A DNA stretch of 32,000 nt from Chlamydiales bacterium (GTDB taxonomy: Bacteria > Chlamydiota > Chlamydiia > Chlamydiales > SM23-39). The notes below the pieces were generated by a model. It ran no database searches. It saw only the letters and a list, made by a program, of their open reading frames with translations, and was not told where the DNA came from. Made by a program: the position numbers and the translations under genes. Positions 17,320 through 25,908 of the stretch are shown one piece after another (the first letter of the stretch is position 1; every line of letters starts with the position of its first letter). The stretch lies in NCBI GenBank assembly GCA_965261025.1, contig OZ253438.1:900001-932000 (forward strand), read 5' to 3'.

Positions 17320-18822
17320 CTATTTTGTAGAACATACCTTTTCTTCCAAAATCAGTTCTGGATACAAGGGATGCTTGTCTAATAAATCCTCTACTTTCTC
17401 TCTTGCCACATTTAAGACTTTCTCTTCAATAAGGACTTGCGCTTTAGAAGGGTCTTGTTCTTTGGAAGAGGTCTTTCCATTTTTTAGAACAAAAACAAGA
17501 ATTTGAGCAATTTTCCTCATTTGTTCTTCTTTCATTGCCAAAGTAGTCACGGCTGGAGTTCCTATTCGAATTCCAGAAGTATACCAGGGACCTTTTTCAT
17601 CATTGAAAAGAGCATTTCTATTTACATGAATTCCTGCCTTTTTTAAAGCAACCTCTGCTTGTCTTCCGGTAAGGGCAAAGCTTTTCAACACGTTAATCAA
17701 TACTAAATGATTCTCTGTTCCCTGGGTAAGCACCTCTACTCCTTCTTCCATAAGGGCTTCTGCTAAGGCCTGACTATTTTTTACTACCTGATGAGCATAA
17801 AGACGGTATGCAGGAGTATCCGCCTCTTTGAAAGAGAGGGCTTTTGCCGCCATAATATGAGGCATAGGGCCCCCCATAATCCAAGGACATCCCTTATCTA
17901 CCAACTCTTTGAATTCTTTTTTACAAAGAATTAACCCTCCTCTAGGTCCTCTTAACACTTTGTGAGTAGTAGTAGTTACCATATGTGCATAAGGGATAGG
18001 ATCATAAACTCCCTGTAGGACTTTTCCCGCTACCAGTCCTGCAAAATGGGCCATATCTACCCATAAAACAGCTCCTATTTCGTCTGCAATTTCTCTCATT
18101 TTAGAAAAATCAATCAACCGAGAGTACGCAGAATATCCTGCTAACAAAATAAGCGGCTTTACTTGCTTAGCCCTTTTTCTTAAAGCTTCATAATCTAAAA
18201 GCCCTGTTACGGCATCTACCTCATACCCGTAGGCCTGAACCAGTTTGGAAGAGATATTTTGTCTATACCCATGTGTTAAATGCCCTCCTGAATTCAAAGA
18301 CATCCCGAGAACTTTCTGATTTATTAAAATCTGTCTTAGGGCTTCATGTTCTTCAAAACTAAGCTCTCCTATATTTTTCTTACCTAATTTTTCCAAAAAA
18401 GGATTTTGCAATTTGTAGAGCAAAATAGACCACAAAGCAATCAAGTTTGCATCAGAGCCAGAGTGAGGCTGTACATAAGCATGCTCTGCTGCAAAAATCT
18501 TCTTAGCATAGAAAACGGCCTCTTCCTCTATTCGATCTACATTTTCACAACCAGCATAAAACCTTTTTTTGATAGAGCCTTCACTATATTTGTCCGTAAG
18601 AAGATTTCCCATGGCAAGCTGTACACTCAAAGAGCAATAATTTTCTGAGGCTATTAGCTTCAAATGACTTCTTTGATCTTTCAACTCCTGAACAAGGGCC
18701 CTTGCTACCTCAGGATAGGCTTTATGAACTACGTCTAAAGAGGCTAAATAAGCTATGGCCTCTTCTTTTCTTTTTTCCTCTGGTACTTTATCCCAATACT
18801 CTTTTAAAAAAGACACAAGCAA
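17320..18822 (-). CDS. glyA: Serine hydroxymethyltransferase
   Basis: PLP-lysine motif VTTTTHKVLRGPRGG and LIASENY near the N-terminus. It has a ~50-aa N-terminal extension, as in chlamydial GlyA. TTG start at 18822 is preceded by AGGAG; the GTG at 18816 is an alternative. Confidence 0.9.
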   Translation of the reverse strand: MLVSFLKEYWDKVPEEKRKEEAIAYLASLDVVHKAYPEVARALVQELKDQRSHLKLIASENYCSLSVQLAMGNLLTDKYSEGSIKKRFYAGCENVDRIEEEAVFYAKKIFAAEHAYVQPHSGSDANLIALWSILLYKLQNPFLEKLGKKNIGELSFEEHEALRQILINQKVLGMSLNSGGHLTHGYRQNISSKLVQAYGYEVDAVTGLLDYEALRKRAKQVKPLILLAGYSAYSRLIDFSKMREIADEIGAVLWVDMAHFAGLVAGKVLQGVYDPIPYAHMVTTTTHKVLRGPRGGLILCKKEFKELVDKGCPWIMGGPMPHIMAAKALSFKEADTPAYRLYAHQVVKNSQALAEALMEEGVEVLTQGTENHLVLINVLKSFALTGRQAEVALKKAGIHVNRNALFNDEKGPWYTSGIRIGTPAVTTLAMKEEQMRKIAQILVFVLKNGKTSSKEQDPSKAQVLIEEKVLNVAREKVEDLLDKHPLYPELILEEKVCSTK

Positions 18823-18978
18823 GCCCCCTCTCCTGAAAATCTCTCTATGATTTGCTAAAGGGTCTTTTTTGTCGAAGAAAAATTCTGAAGAATAAAAAAT
18901 CTTCTACCTTCCTCAAAAGGTATAACAGAGCCGGTAGAAGACAAAAAAAAATTTGATCTACCTGTTCTTGGATAGTCC

Positions 18979-19007
18979 TTGAAGATTTACCGAAAATCGA
19001 TTAAATT
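18979..19007 (+). promoter_or_regulatory. candidate sigma70-type promoter (TTGAAG-17 nt-TAAATT) for the Zn-ribbon gene (and possibly rnpB)
   Basis: Hexamers read in the 212-nt divergent glyA / Zn-ribbon intergenic region, 28 nt upstream of the ATG at 19035. Confidence 0.25.
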
Positions 19008-19034
19008 CAGAGTCTCACAAAGCAAGGGTTTTTC

Positions 19035-19805
19035 ATGTTCGAGAATTTGAAGATTATTTTAGAAATACAAGAACTTGATATGAATATGATCAGTTTGGTT
19101 CGTCTAAAAAGACAGAGACAAAAGGAATTGCAACATATCGATCGGTTAAGAAATGATTTGAAAGAACAACTGGAAGAAAAAGAGAAGGAAATTGCGGACC
19201 TTAGCCATAGCGTTGTGTTTCAGGAAAATAAAATTACGGAAATAGAAGAGAAGTTAAAGAAGCTAGAAGTAAAGCAATCTTCTGTAAAGAAGGTGGATGA
19301 ATTTAACGCCCTTACTCAAGAAATGACCTCTTGTGAAAGGGAAAAAGTAGCCACAGAACAGATTGCAAGTGATTTAATTGATAAAAGAAACCTGGAAGAG
19401 GAGATCTTAACAAAAATTCAAGAAAGTTTAAGAGAATCTGAAGAAGGCAGCAAAGCTTTAGAAGAAGAGATCTACACTAGCATCAAGAAAATCAATGTAG
19501 AAGGATCTGAGTTAAAAGAAAAGAGAGAACTTCTTTCCCAGAAAGCTCCTTCTGAACTCCTACGAATCTATGAAAGACTTTTATATAACAAAAAAGATCG
19601 GGTAGTAGTTCCCATTGAAAATAGGGCCTGTTCGGGATGTCATATCGCTTTAACAGCTCAACATGAAAATCTCGTGAGAAAAGGAGAGAGGCTCATTTTT
19701 TGTGAACACTGCTCTAGAATCCATTACTGGATTGAAAATGAAGATCTGGAAAGTTCTTCTGTAACAGGAAAGAAAAGACGAAGAAGAAGAACGGCTAGCG
19801 TTTAG
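19035..19805 (+). CDS. Coiled-coil protein with C-terminal C4 zinc ribbon (COG1579/DUF164-like, putative nucleic-acid binding)
   Basis: A long heptad-rich E/K region is followed by CSGCH..(22 aa)..CEHC and a polybasic tail (GKKRRRRRTASV). Confidence 0.7.
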   Translation: MFENLKIILEIQELDMNMISLVRLKRQRQKELQHIDRLRNDLKEQLEEKEKEIADLSHSVVFQENKITEIEEKLKKLEVKQSSVKKVDEFNALTQEMTSCEREKVATEQIASDLIDKRNLEEEILTKIQESLRESEEGSKALEEEIYTSIKKINVEGSELKEKRELLSQKAPSELLRIYERLLYNKKDRVVVPIENRACSGCHIALTAQHENLVRKGERLIFCEHCSRIHYWIENEDLESSSVTGKKRRRRRTASV

Positions 19806-20146
19806 GGAAGAAAAGGCAATCGCTCTTTTTAAAGAGAGGAAAGTCTGGACTTCAAAGAGGAGGATACCAGCGAAAGGCTGGGGGCCTTAAGGCTACGGAA
19901 AGTGCCACAGAAAATACGCTCTCTGTTTTTAGAGATAGCTTGAAAATGTCTACTTGAAAAGTGGACCTTTTTTAGGGAAACCTAACAAAGCGGTAAACCC
20001 TATCCGAAGCAAGAAAGGGATTTATTTTTTGTTCCTCGCAAAAAATCCCGTTTTTAGAGTCGCTTGAGGGATTTGGTAACAACTCCCCTAGAGGAATGAT
20101 TGCCCTTTGTGATAAACAAAGACAGAATCCGGCTTATTTTCTTCCC
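19805..20146 (+). ncRNA. rnpB: RNase P RNA, bacterial type A
   Basis: Conserved blocks are readable: GAGAGGAAAGTCTGGAC (P4 5' strand, cf. GAGGAAAGUCCGGGC), AGTGCCACAGAAAATAC, CGGTAAACCCTATCCGAAGCAAG and GACAGAATCCGGCTTAT (P4 3' strand). GGGAAGAAAA (19805-19814) is perfectly complementary to TTTTCTTCCC (20137-20146), forming P1. Confidence 0.85.
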
Positions 20147-21057
20147 TATTTTTTTCTCTTGGCCCGAGGGTGAGTTTTATCATAGACTTCTCTTTTCAAC
20201 TTTGTGGAAACATGGGTATAAATGGTGGTAGTAACCAAAGAGCTATGGCCTAAAAGCATTTGAATCATCTTCAAATCCATTCCTCTCTCTAGCCAATGCG
20301 TTGCTATAGTATGTCTAATTTTATGGGGGGTAATTTTTTCACAAAGCCCGCTTTTTTTTAAGTATTTCTGAAAATTCCGATCTACTGATCGAGAAGAAAT
20401 TCTGTATCCCCATTTATTTAAAAAAACCGCTCTCCTTTCTTTTTCTACGAAATGGTTTTTTCCTTTTTGGTTCCTTAAGGGATGATAAAGATATTCTTGA
20501 AGCCATTTTTTCGCTTGATTTGTGATAGGAAGCCATCTCTGTTTTTTCCCCTTCCCCAAAACTGTCACCTTATTCTCTCCCAAGAAAAGATGCTCCCTAT
20601 TTAACCCCACCAGCTCTGAAAGACGAAATCCAGAGCTATAAAAAAGCTCCATCATACATCGATCTCTTAAACCTAGATACTCCCCCACATCAGGTTGAGA
20701 AAATAAATGCTCTACCTGTTCGTAAGAAAGAGTAATAGGAAGAATTTTTTCTCTTCTGGGAGAAGCCAGCTCTTCTAAAGGATTTTTCTCTACTATTCCT
20801 TCTCTTTTTAAAAATTGAAAAAAAGAGCGTAAAGAAGAAATTTTTCTATGAATAGTTCTGCTTTTTTGTCTTCTTTCATAAAGATTTACGAGATAATCTC
20901 GAAGCACTTCTTTGTTCACTTCAAAAACCCTTTTTTGGGGAAAAAAAAAGGCAAAGGCTTTTAAATCAGCAGCATATCCCCTTACTGTGTGGGGAGAAAA
21001 TCCTTTTTGAAAAGTTATGTATTGGATAAACTTTTCCGAAGCCTCAGAAATCTGCAT
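20146..21057 (-). CDS. xerC: Tyrosine site-specific recombinase, XerC/XerD family
   Basis: N-terminal SAM-like domain (GFSPHTVRGYAADLKAF). C-terminal catalytic contexts (SGFRLSEL, HKIRHTIATHWL, LLGHSSLVTTTIYTHV). The choice of XerC over XerD is tentative. Confidence 0.75.
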   Translation of the reverse strand: MQISEASEKFIQYITFQKGFSPHTVRGYAADLKAFAFFFPQKRVFEVNKEVLRDYLVNLYERRQKSRTIHRKISSLRSFFQFLKREGIVEKNPLEELASPRREKILPITLSYEQVEHLFSQPDVGEYLGLRDRCMMELFYSSGFRLSELVGLNREHLFLGENKVTVLGKGKKQRWLPITNQAKKWLQEYLYHPLRNQKGKNHFVEKERRAVFLNKWGYRISSRSVDRNFQKYLKKSGLCEKITPHKIRHTIATHWLERGMDLKMIQMLLGHSSLVTTTIYTHVSTKLKREVYDKTHPRAKRKK

Positions 21058-21122
21058 AAAGGTCCTTTTTCTTTTTTTGATTTCTGCTATAATGGTTCGC
21101 TCCTATCTTTATAAGTTTTTTT

Positions 21123-22703
21123 ATGGTTACTTTAAATAAGATTCGAAAAACTTTAGGAACAAAAACTCTTTTTGAAGAGGTAACTTGTACCTTCAATCCA
21201 GAATGTAGATACGGTCTTACAGGCCCTAATGGAGCAGGAAAATCCACTCTCATGAAAATTATGATGGGAGAAGAAAGTCCCACGTCTGGCTCTGTTTGCC
21301 TTCCTGCAAAGACAGGCTTTTTAAGACAAAATATCGAAGAATTCCAAAACTACACTGTCCTAGATACAGTCATCATGGGAAATGACCGCCTTTGGAAAGC
21401 TTTACAAGAAAGGGATTCCCTCTATGAAAAAGAGATGAGTGATTCAGTAGGTATTCGCTTGGGAGAACTAGAGGAGATCATAGGAGAAGAGGAGGGATAT
21501 GTAGCAGAGGCCAACGCAGAAATGTTGTTAGAGGGAATGGGAATCCCTTCCTCTTTTCATCAAGAACCTATGAAAAATCTCCCTGTAGATAAGCAATTTA
21601 GGGCTCTTTTAGCCCAAGCTCTTTTTGGGGATCCCCAAGCTCTTTTACTAGATGAACCGACCAATCACTTAGATCTAGAGTCTATTCGTTGGCTAGAAAA
21701 TTTTTTGAAAAACTACACAGGGACCCTAATTGTAGTAAGCCACGACCGCCATTTTTTGAATGTGGTAACTACCCACATTGCTGACATCGATTACGAAACA
21801 CTCATCATCTATCCTGGTAATTATGATGAAATGGTTGTGGCAAAAACCCAGGTAAGAAAAAGAGCAGAACTGGAGAACAAGGCAAAAGAAAAAAAAGTAG
21901 CTCAGTTGAAAGAATTTGTCGCGAAGTTTGGAGCAGGAACAAGAGCCTCCCAGGTACAGTCAAGAATGAAGGAGATAGCCAAGTTAGAACCCCAAGAGTT
22001 AAAACAATCCAATATTCAAAGACCTTATATCCGCTTTTATCCTCCTGAAACTCCTTCTGGGCAAGTGGTTTTTAAGCTAAAAAAAATAGAGAAGGCCTAC
22101 GATGCAGAATCTGTTATCAACAAGCTCTCTTTGGAAATTCATCGAGGAGATAAGGTAGGAATCATTGGAAATAATGGAAGAGGAAAAACTACCCTTTTGA
22201 AAGTTTTAGCCCAAAAACTAGAGCCCACTTCAGGTACTTTAGAGGTTGGTCACAACGTGTCTCTGGGATACTTTCCACAAAACCATCAAGATATTATTGA
22301 TAAAACTTCTTCTTCTACCCTTTTCGATTATTTGAAAGATTCTATTCCGGGTCTTTATGACCAAGCAGTTCGCAGTATTTTAGGGAAAATGCTTTTTTCT
22401 GGAAACGATGCTTTCAAACCTATAAATGCTTTATCAGGAGGAGAAACAGCGCGTCTTATTCTAGGAAGACTTATGCTTATAACTCCTAATACGCTTATTT
22501 TAGATGAACCAAACAATCATTTAGATCTGGAAGCAGTTTCTGCTTTAAGTTGGGCCTTACAAGATTTTAAAGGGACTGCTTTAGTTGCTACCCATGATAG
22601 GACGCTTTTATCAGAATTTGCTACTAAGATTATTGCTTTTGAAGAGGAAAAAATCCTCTTCTTTGAAGGGCCTTTAGAAGAATATTTACAAAAAAAAGCA
22701 TGA
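21123..22703 (+). CDS. ybiT: ABC-F family ATPase (YbiT-like, two ABC domains, no TM domain)
   Basis: Two Walker A motifs (GPNGAGKST, GNNGRGKTT), two signature/Walker B regions (LLLDEPTNHLD, LILDEPNNHLD) and an inter-domain linker. It aligns by eye along its length with E. coli YbiT (LDTVIMG...LWKA..ERD.., VSHDRHFLN..THIADIDY..YPGNYDE). Confidence 0.85.
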   Translation: MVTLNKIRKTLGTKTLFEEVTCTFNPECRYGLTGPNGAGKSTLMKIMMGEESPTSGSVCLPAKTGFLRQNIEEFQNYTVLDTVIMGNDRLWKALQERDSLYEKEMSDSVGIRLGELEEIIGEEEGYVAEANAEMLLEGMGIPSSFHQEPMKNLPVDKQFRALLAQALFGDPQALLLDEPTNHLDLESIRWLENFLKNYTGTLIVVSHDRHFLNVVTTHIADIDYETLIIYPGNYDEMVVAKTQVRKRAELENKAKEKKVAQLKEFVAKFGAGTRASQVQSRMKEIAKLEPQELKQSNIQRPYIRFYPPETPSGQVVFKLKKIEKAYDAESVINKLSLEIHRGDKVGIIGNNGRGKTTLLKVLAQKLEPTSGTLEVGHNVSLGYFPQNHQDIIDKTSSSTLFDYLKDSIPGLYDQAVRSILGKMLFSGNDAFKPINALSGGETARLILGRLMLITPNTLILDEPNNHLDLEAVSALSWALQDFKGTALVATHDRTLLSEFATKIIAFEEEKILFFEGPLEEYLQKKA

Positions 22704-23437
22704 ACCTTTCCAAAGCTAAGTTTTTTCGTTTAGATTTCAGAATGCAGCATAAAAAGTGCGCAGACATCCTACGAAAAATCTACGAGAGTCTCTTAGAGCA
22801 AAAACCTCTCCCAGAGCTGTGGGAAAAATACAATCTCTTACTTTCCTGGCTGCAAATGGCTCCTTTTCCCCCTTGCTCTATAAAAAAAATAGCAGATCAA
22901 TATCACTTTCACCTTGCAAAGGCTTCTCTTTTTTTAAAAGAGCACAACCTACTTCCCCCAATTCGAAAAGGAGATCATGTAGCAAAACGAGCCTTTGGCA
23001 AGGTGGCTGTTTTTTTAGACAATGTCCGCTCTGCCTACAATGTGGGAAGTATTTTAAGAACCACAGAAGCGCTTCGCATCGGACCCGTCTATTTTGCCAA
23101 AAAAACTCCTTTTATTGATAATCCCAAAGTAATAAAAACCTCTATGGGAACCTATTCCTTAGTTCCTTGCTTTCAGAAAAATACATTAGAAGACCTTCCC
23201 AAACCTTTTATTGCCATAGAAACAGGAGAAGAAGCAGAAAATGTGGATACATTTCCCTTTCCCTCTTCTTGTACTTTAATAATTGGCAACGAAGAATACG
23301 GGATCTCTGATGAGGTGCTTTCTGAAGTGGACATCGTGGTAGACATCCCTCTTTTAGGACAAAAAAACTCCATCAATGCAGCTTGCGCTTATGCTATAGC
23401 AGCTAAACGAGTTTGCTACTGCCAAACTAAAAACTAA
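22700..23437 (+). CDS. SpoU/TrmH-family RNA 2'-O-methyltransferase
   Basis: C-terminal SpoU motifs (NVGSILRTTEALRIG, LIIGNEEYGISDEVL, IPLLGQKNSINAACAYAIA). The ATG overlaps the ybiT stop (ATGA). An alternative start exists at M15 (22742). Confidence 0.75.
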   Translation: MNLSKAKFFRLDFRMQHKKCADILRKIYESLLEQKPLPELWEKYNLLLSWLQMAPFPPCSIKKIADQYHFHLAKASLFLKEHNLLPPIRKGDHVAKRAFGKVAVFLDNVRSAYNVGSILRTTEALRIGPVYFAKKTPFIDNPKVIKTSMGTYSLVPCFQKNTLEDLPKPFIAIETGEEAENVDTFPFPSSCTLIIGNEEYGISDEVLSEVDIVVDIPLLGQKNSINAACAYAIAAKRVCYCQTKN

Positions 23438-24338
23438 TCCGCATTAGATCTTTCGCAGCAAAGGAATTTGAAAAAATTTCTTGTGCTTCTTTTTCAAAGA
23501 GCTTTTCTTCTGAATATCTTGCAGAAAAATGGGTTAGAATAAGCTTTTTTACTTGTGCTTTTTTGGCTAAACAAGCGGCTTCTTTGGCCGTCATGTGAAG
23601 GTATTTCTCTGCTAAATCTTTTTTATCTTCTAAAAAAGTACTCTCTGCTAATAAAAGAGTAGCTCCTTTGGCCAAAGATAGGGCTTGCTTACAGGGCCTT
23701 GTATCTAGCAGATAAGCAAAGATATCTCCCTTTTGTAAAAAGCTCACCTCATCTAAAAAGATCTTTTCTCCTTTCACGTTAACAAAACCCTCTTGCTGAA
23801 GCTCCTTTACCAGAAGGCCTTGAATTCCCTTGTTTTCCAGTTTTTCTTTATCAAATCGCCTCTTTGTCTTTTCCTCTATTCGAAATCCTAAATTTTGCAC
23901 CCCATGATGTAAGAAATCGGCAAAAAGAAAAAACGTCTCCTCTTCGTAAATCATCCCTGCCTCTTTTATAGGATGCTCTATTACTTGAATATTTTCATGG
24001 TAAATGGTCCCATAACGCAATCTTTGGAAAAATTTTTCTCCGCTAGCAGGATAAAAACAGTGAATAGGATGCTCCACCTTATCTAAATTGAGTCTCATAA
24101 GCATAGAACCTAGCCCAAGACAATGATCTCCATGAAAATGACTAATGAATAAATGCGTTACCGTAGTAGGGGTAACATCTGCAAAAATAAACTGCCTTTG
24201 GATTCCTTCCCCTGGATCAAAAAGAAATCCTCTTTCTCTCCAACGAAGAAGATATCCTCCATGATTTCTCTTTCGGGTAGGTTGCTGCGAAGAAGTTCCC
24301 AGGATGATTAGATCTTTTACGCTCAAGAAACCCTCCAA
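23427..24338 (-). CDS. rnz: Ribonuclease Z (tRNA 3' endonuclease, metallo-beta-lactamase fold)
   Basis: LIILGTSSQQPTRKRNHGGYLL and the HxHxDH motif (ISHFHGDHCLGL), with C-terminal ILTHFSARY. TTG start; the exact start is uncertain (24338 or 24326). Confidence 0.85.
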   Translation of the reverse strand: MEGFLSVKDLIILGTSSQQPTRKRNHGGYLLRWRERGFLFDPGEGIQRQFIFADVTPTTVTHLFISHFHGDHCLGLGSMLMRLNLDKVEHPIHCFYPASGEKFFQRLRYGTIYHENIQVIEHPIKEAGMIYEEETFFLFADFLHHGVQNLGFRIEEKTKRRFDKEKLENKGIQGLLVKELQQEGFVNVKGEKIFLDEVSFLQKGDIFAYLLDTRPCKQALSLAKGATLLLAESTFLEDKKDLAEKYLHMTAKEAACLAKKAQVKKLILTHFSARYSEEKLFEKEAQEIFSNSFAAKDLMRISF

Positions 24339-25420
24339 GAAAAAAGAGAAAATCTTCCTAAAACCATCCCAGAAAGAGCTCCTACAATATGACCCGTATT
24401 GGCAATCTTTAGTTGAATGGAACTAGAAAAAAGAGCTTCAAAGAAAAACCCCGCTACTTGAAAGAGAAAAAGCGATAATACATAGAAAGCAAGAAACAAA
24501 AGAGTGGTATTACTCAAGGGATACCCTTCCCAAGGAGCCCTTCTTTTTCGCATCCAAATAAATCCGGCCATAGCCGTAATAACCCCAGAAAATCCTAAAA
24601 ATATAGGACCACTCATAAGATACTGGGAAGTATTAGAGATTATTGCTGTAAGAACTACAAAAAGGAAAAAGCGGAAAAAAAAGATCCTCTCCTCAATTTG
24701 TCTCCCTAATAAGAAAAGCCAGATCATATTAAATAGAATGTGTAAAAAACCCCCATGTAAAAAAGAGGGAGTAAGAAACCGCCAAATCTCTCCTTTTCGA
24801 ATCCTTTCAAAAATAGGACCCGTCCCTGTTTCTCCTTTCTTATTCGAAAAAAACTCTAAAAGCTTTGGATAAATCCCATGGAAATAAGGAAGTTTCTCTA
24901 GACTTTTTGATGCAGCTTTTGCTTGCTGTCTATCCTGTATATAAATAGGCTTTTCTTCTTCTAAAGCCTTGGGGAAATCAAATAGAAAAAGCTTTTCTAC
25001 TGTTGTAAATAGTAAAAAAGGAACTTGCCCTTCTTTTTTTGTAAGTTTCATCTCCTCTGAAATCTGAAAAAAAAAGAGGATTACACAAAGTAGAAGAAAA
25101 AAGTATGTCCCCCATTTTCTAAAAGAAGGCTTTTTTTCTTCTTCTTCTAAAAAAACTTTCGGATTTTTTATCGCAGAAACAACAGGCTTTTGAAACTGTG
25201 GGGCTGAAAATTTCTTATCTTCTGGATTTTTTTCAAACTCTTCCCAGAGTTTCTGTGCTTTTTCTAGCTCATCTTCCTCCCGAATCCAGAGGGTACATTC
25301 TATCTGAGAGGTTTTCTTGTTTAAGGTAATCTCACAACTATTTTCTATTTTTTGACTTCTCAAATAAGCAGAGAATCGTTTGGCCTTTTTCTGATCGGCT
25401 AAAGTTACTAGGGATCTCAT
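24323..25420 (-). CDS. Rhomboid-family intramembrane serine protease (GlpG-like, with cytoplasmic N-domain)
   Basis: Rhomboid motifs are present: WRFLTPSFLHGGFLHILFNM, catalytic GFSGVITAM and HIVGALSGMVLG. The start overlaps the upstream gene's stop. Confidence 0.8.
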   Translation of the reverse strand: MRSLVTLADQKKAKRFSAYLRSQKIENSCEITLNKKTSQIECTLWIREEDELEKAQKLWEEFEKNPEDKKFSAPQFQKPVVSAIKNPKVFLEEEEKKPSFRKWGTYFFLLLCVILFFFQISEEMKLTKKEGQVPFLLFTTVEKLFLFDFPKALEEEKPIYIQDRQQAKAASKSLEKLPYFHGIYPKLLEFFSNKKGETGTGPIFERIRKGEIWRFLTPSFLHGGFLHILFNMIWLFLLGRQIEERIFFFRFFLFVVLTAIISNTSQYLMSGPIFLGFSGVITAMAGFIWMRKRRAPWEGYPLSNTTLLFLAFYVLSLFLFQVAGFFFEALFSSSIQLKIANTGHIVGALSGMVLGRFSLFSWRVS

Positions 25421-25908
25421 ATTTTTATTTTTTTTATAATTTCTGAGGTAGAAAACCCTTGTTTTAAAGGAACAATATGAACCCTTCCTCCATGTTTTTT
25501 CACAATATCTGCCTCCAAACAGTTCTCTCCATATTCGGGTCCATTTACATGAACATCTGGCTTGATCAAATCCAAAATTTTTCTCGGATCCGTTTCTGGA
25601 AAATAGGTTACATAATCTACAAAAGAAAGGGCTGATATCATTTGAAGACGATAAAATAAGGGAACTATAGGACGAGCCTTTCCCTTATATTTCTGAATCG
25701 ATTCATCCGTGTTTAAGGCTATAATCAACACTTGAGCCTGTTTAGAAGCCTCGTAAATCATATGCAAGTGACCTGCATGTAAAAGGTCAAAGGATCCATT
25801 CAGGGTAGCAATGGTTTTCTTTTGATTACGAATCTCTTCTATCAGAACCCGTAGTTTTTCTTTTTCTTGTATTTTTTCTAGGCTTTTTTTCTCCCAGCTT
25901 TGGCTCAT
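25417..25908 (-). CDS. Stand-alone cytidylyl/adenylyltransferase, HldE (RfaE) domain II-like
   Basis: NGSFDLLHAGHLHMI (HxGH nucleotidyltransferase motif), ..RPIVPLFYRLQMISALSFVDYV..IKPDVHVNGPEY..GFSTSEIIKKI parallels E. coli HldE C-terminal domain by eye. The ATG at 25908 is preceded by AAGGAGG, so I prefer it over the ATG at 25974. Confidence 0.7.
   Translation of the reverse strand: MSQSWEKKSLEKIQEKEKLRVLIEEIRNQKKTIATLNGSFDLLHAGHLHMIYEASKQAQVLIIALNTDESIQKYKGKARPIVPLFYRLQMISALSFVDYVTYFPETDPRKILDLIKPDVHVNGPEYGENCLEADIVKKHGGRVHIVPLKQGFSTSEIIKKIKI

Noticed and set aside
20146-21057. Tyrosine recombinase next to a structural RNA gene as a marker of an integrated element or genomic island
   Set aside because: Size and motifs fit chromosomal XerC/XerD. 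The flanks are core genes (rnpB, ybiT). No direct repeats duplicating the rnpB 3' end, no phage or conjugation genes, and no compositional shift were seen.
21044-21283. 79-aa minus-strand ORF overlapping the xerC start and ybiT start
   Set aside because: It is antisense to the ybiT Walker A region (it reads FPAPLGPV, the mirror of GPNGAGK codons). This is a typical shadow ORF.
22756-23118. 120-aa plus-strand ORF
   Set aside because: It is off-frame within the SpoU/TrmH gene, whose own frame carries the family motifs.
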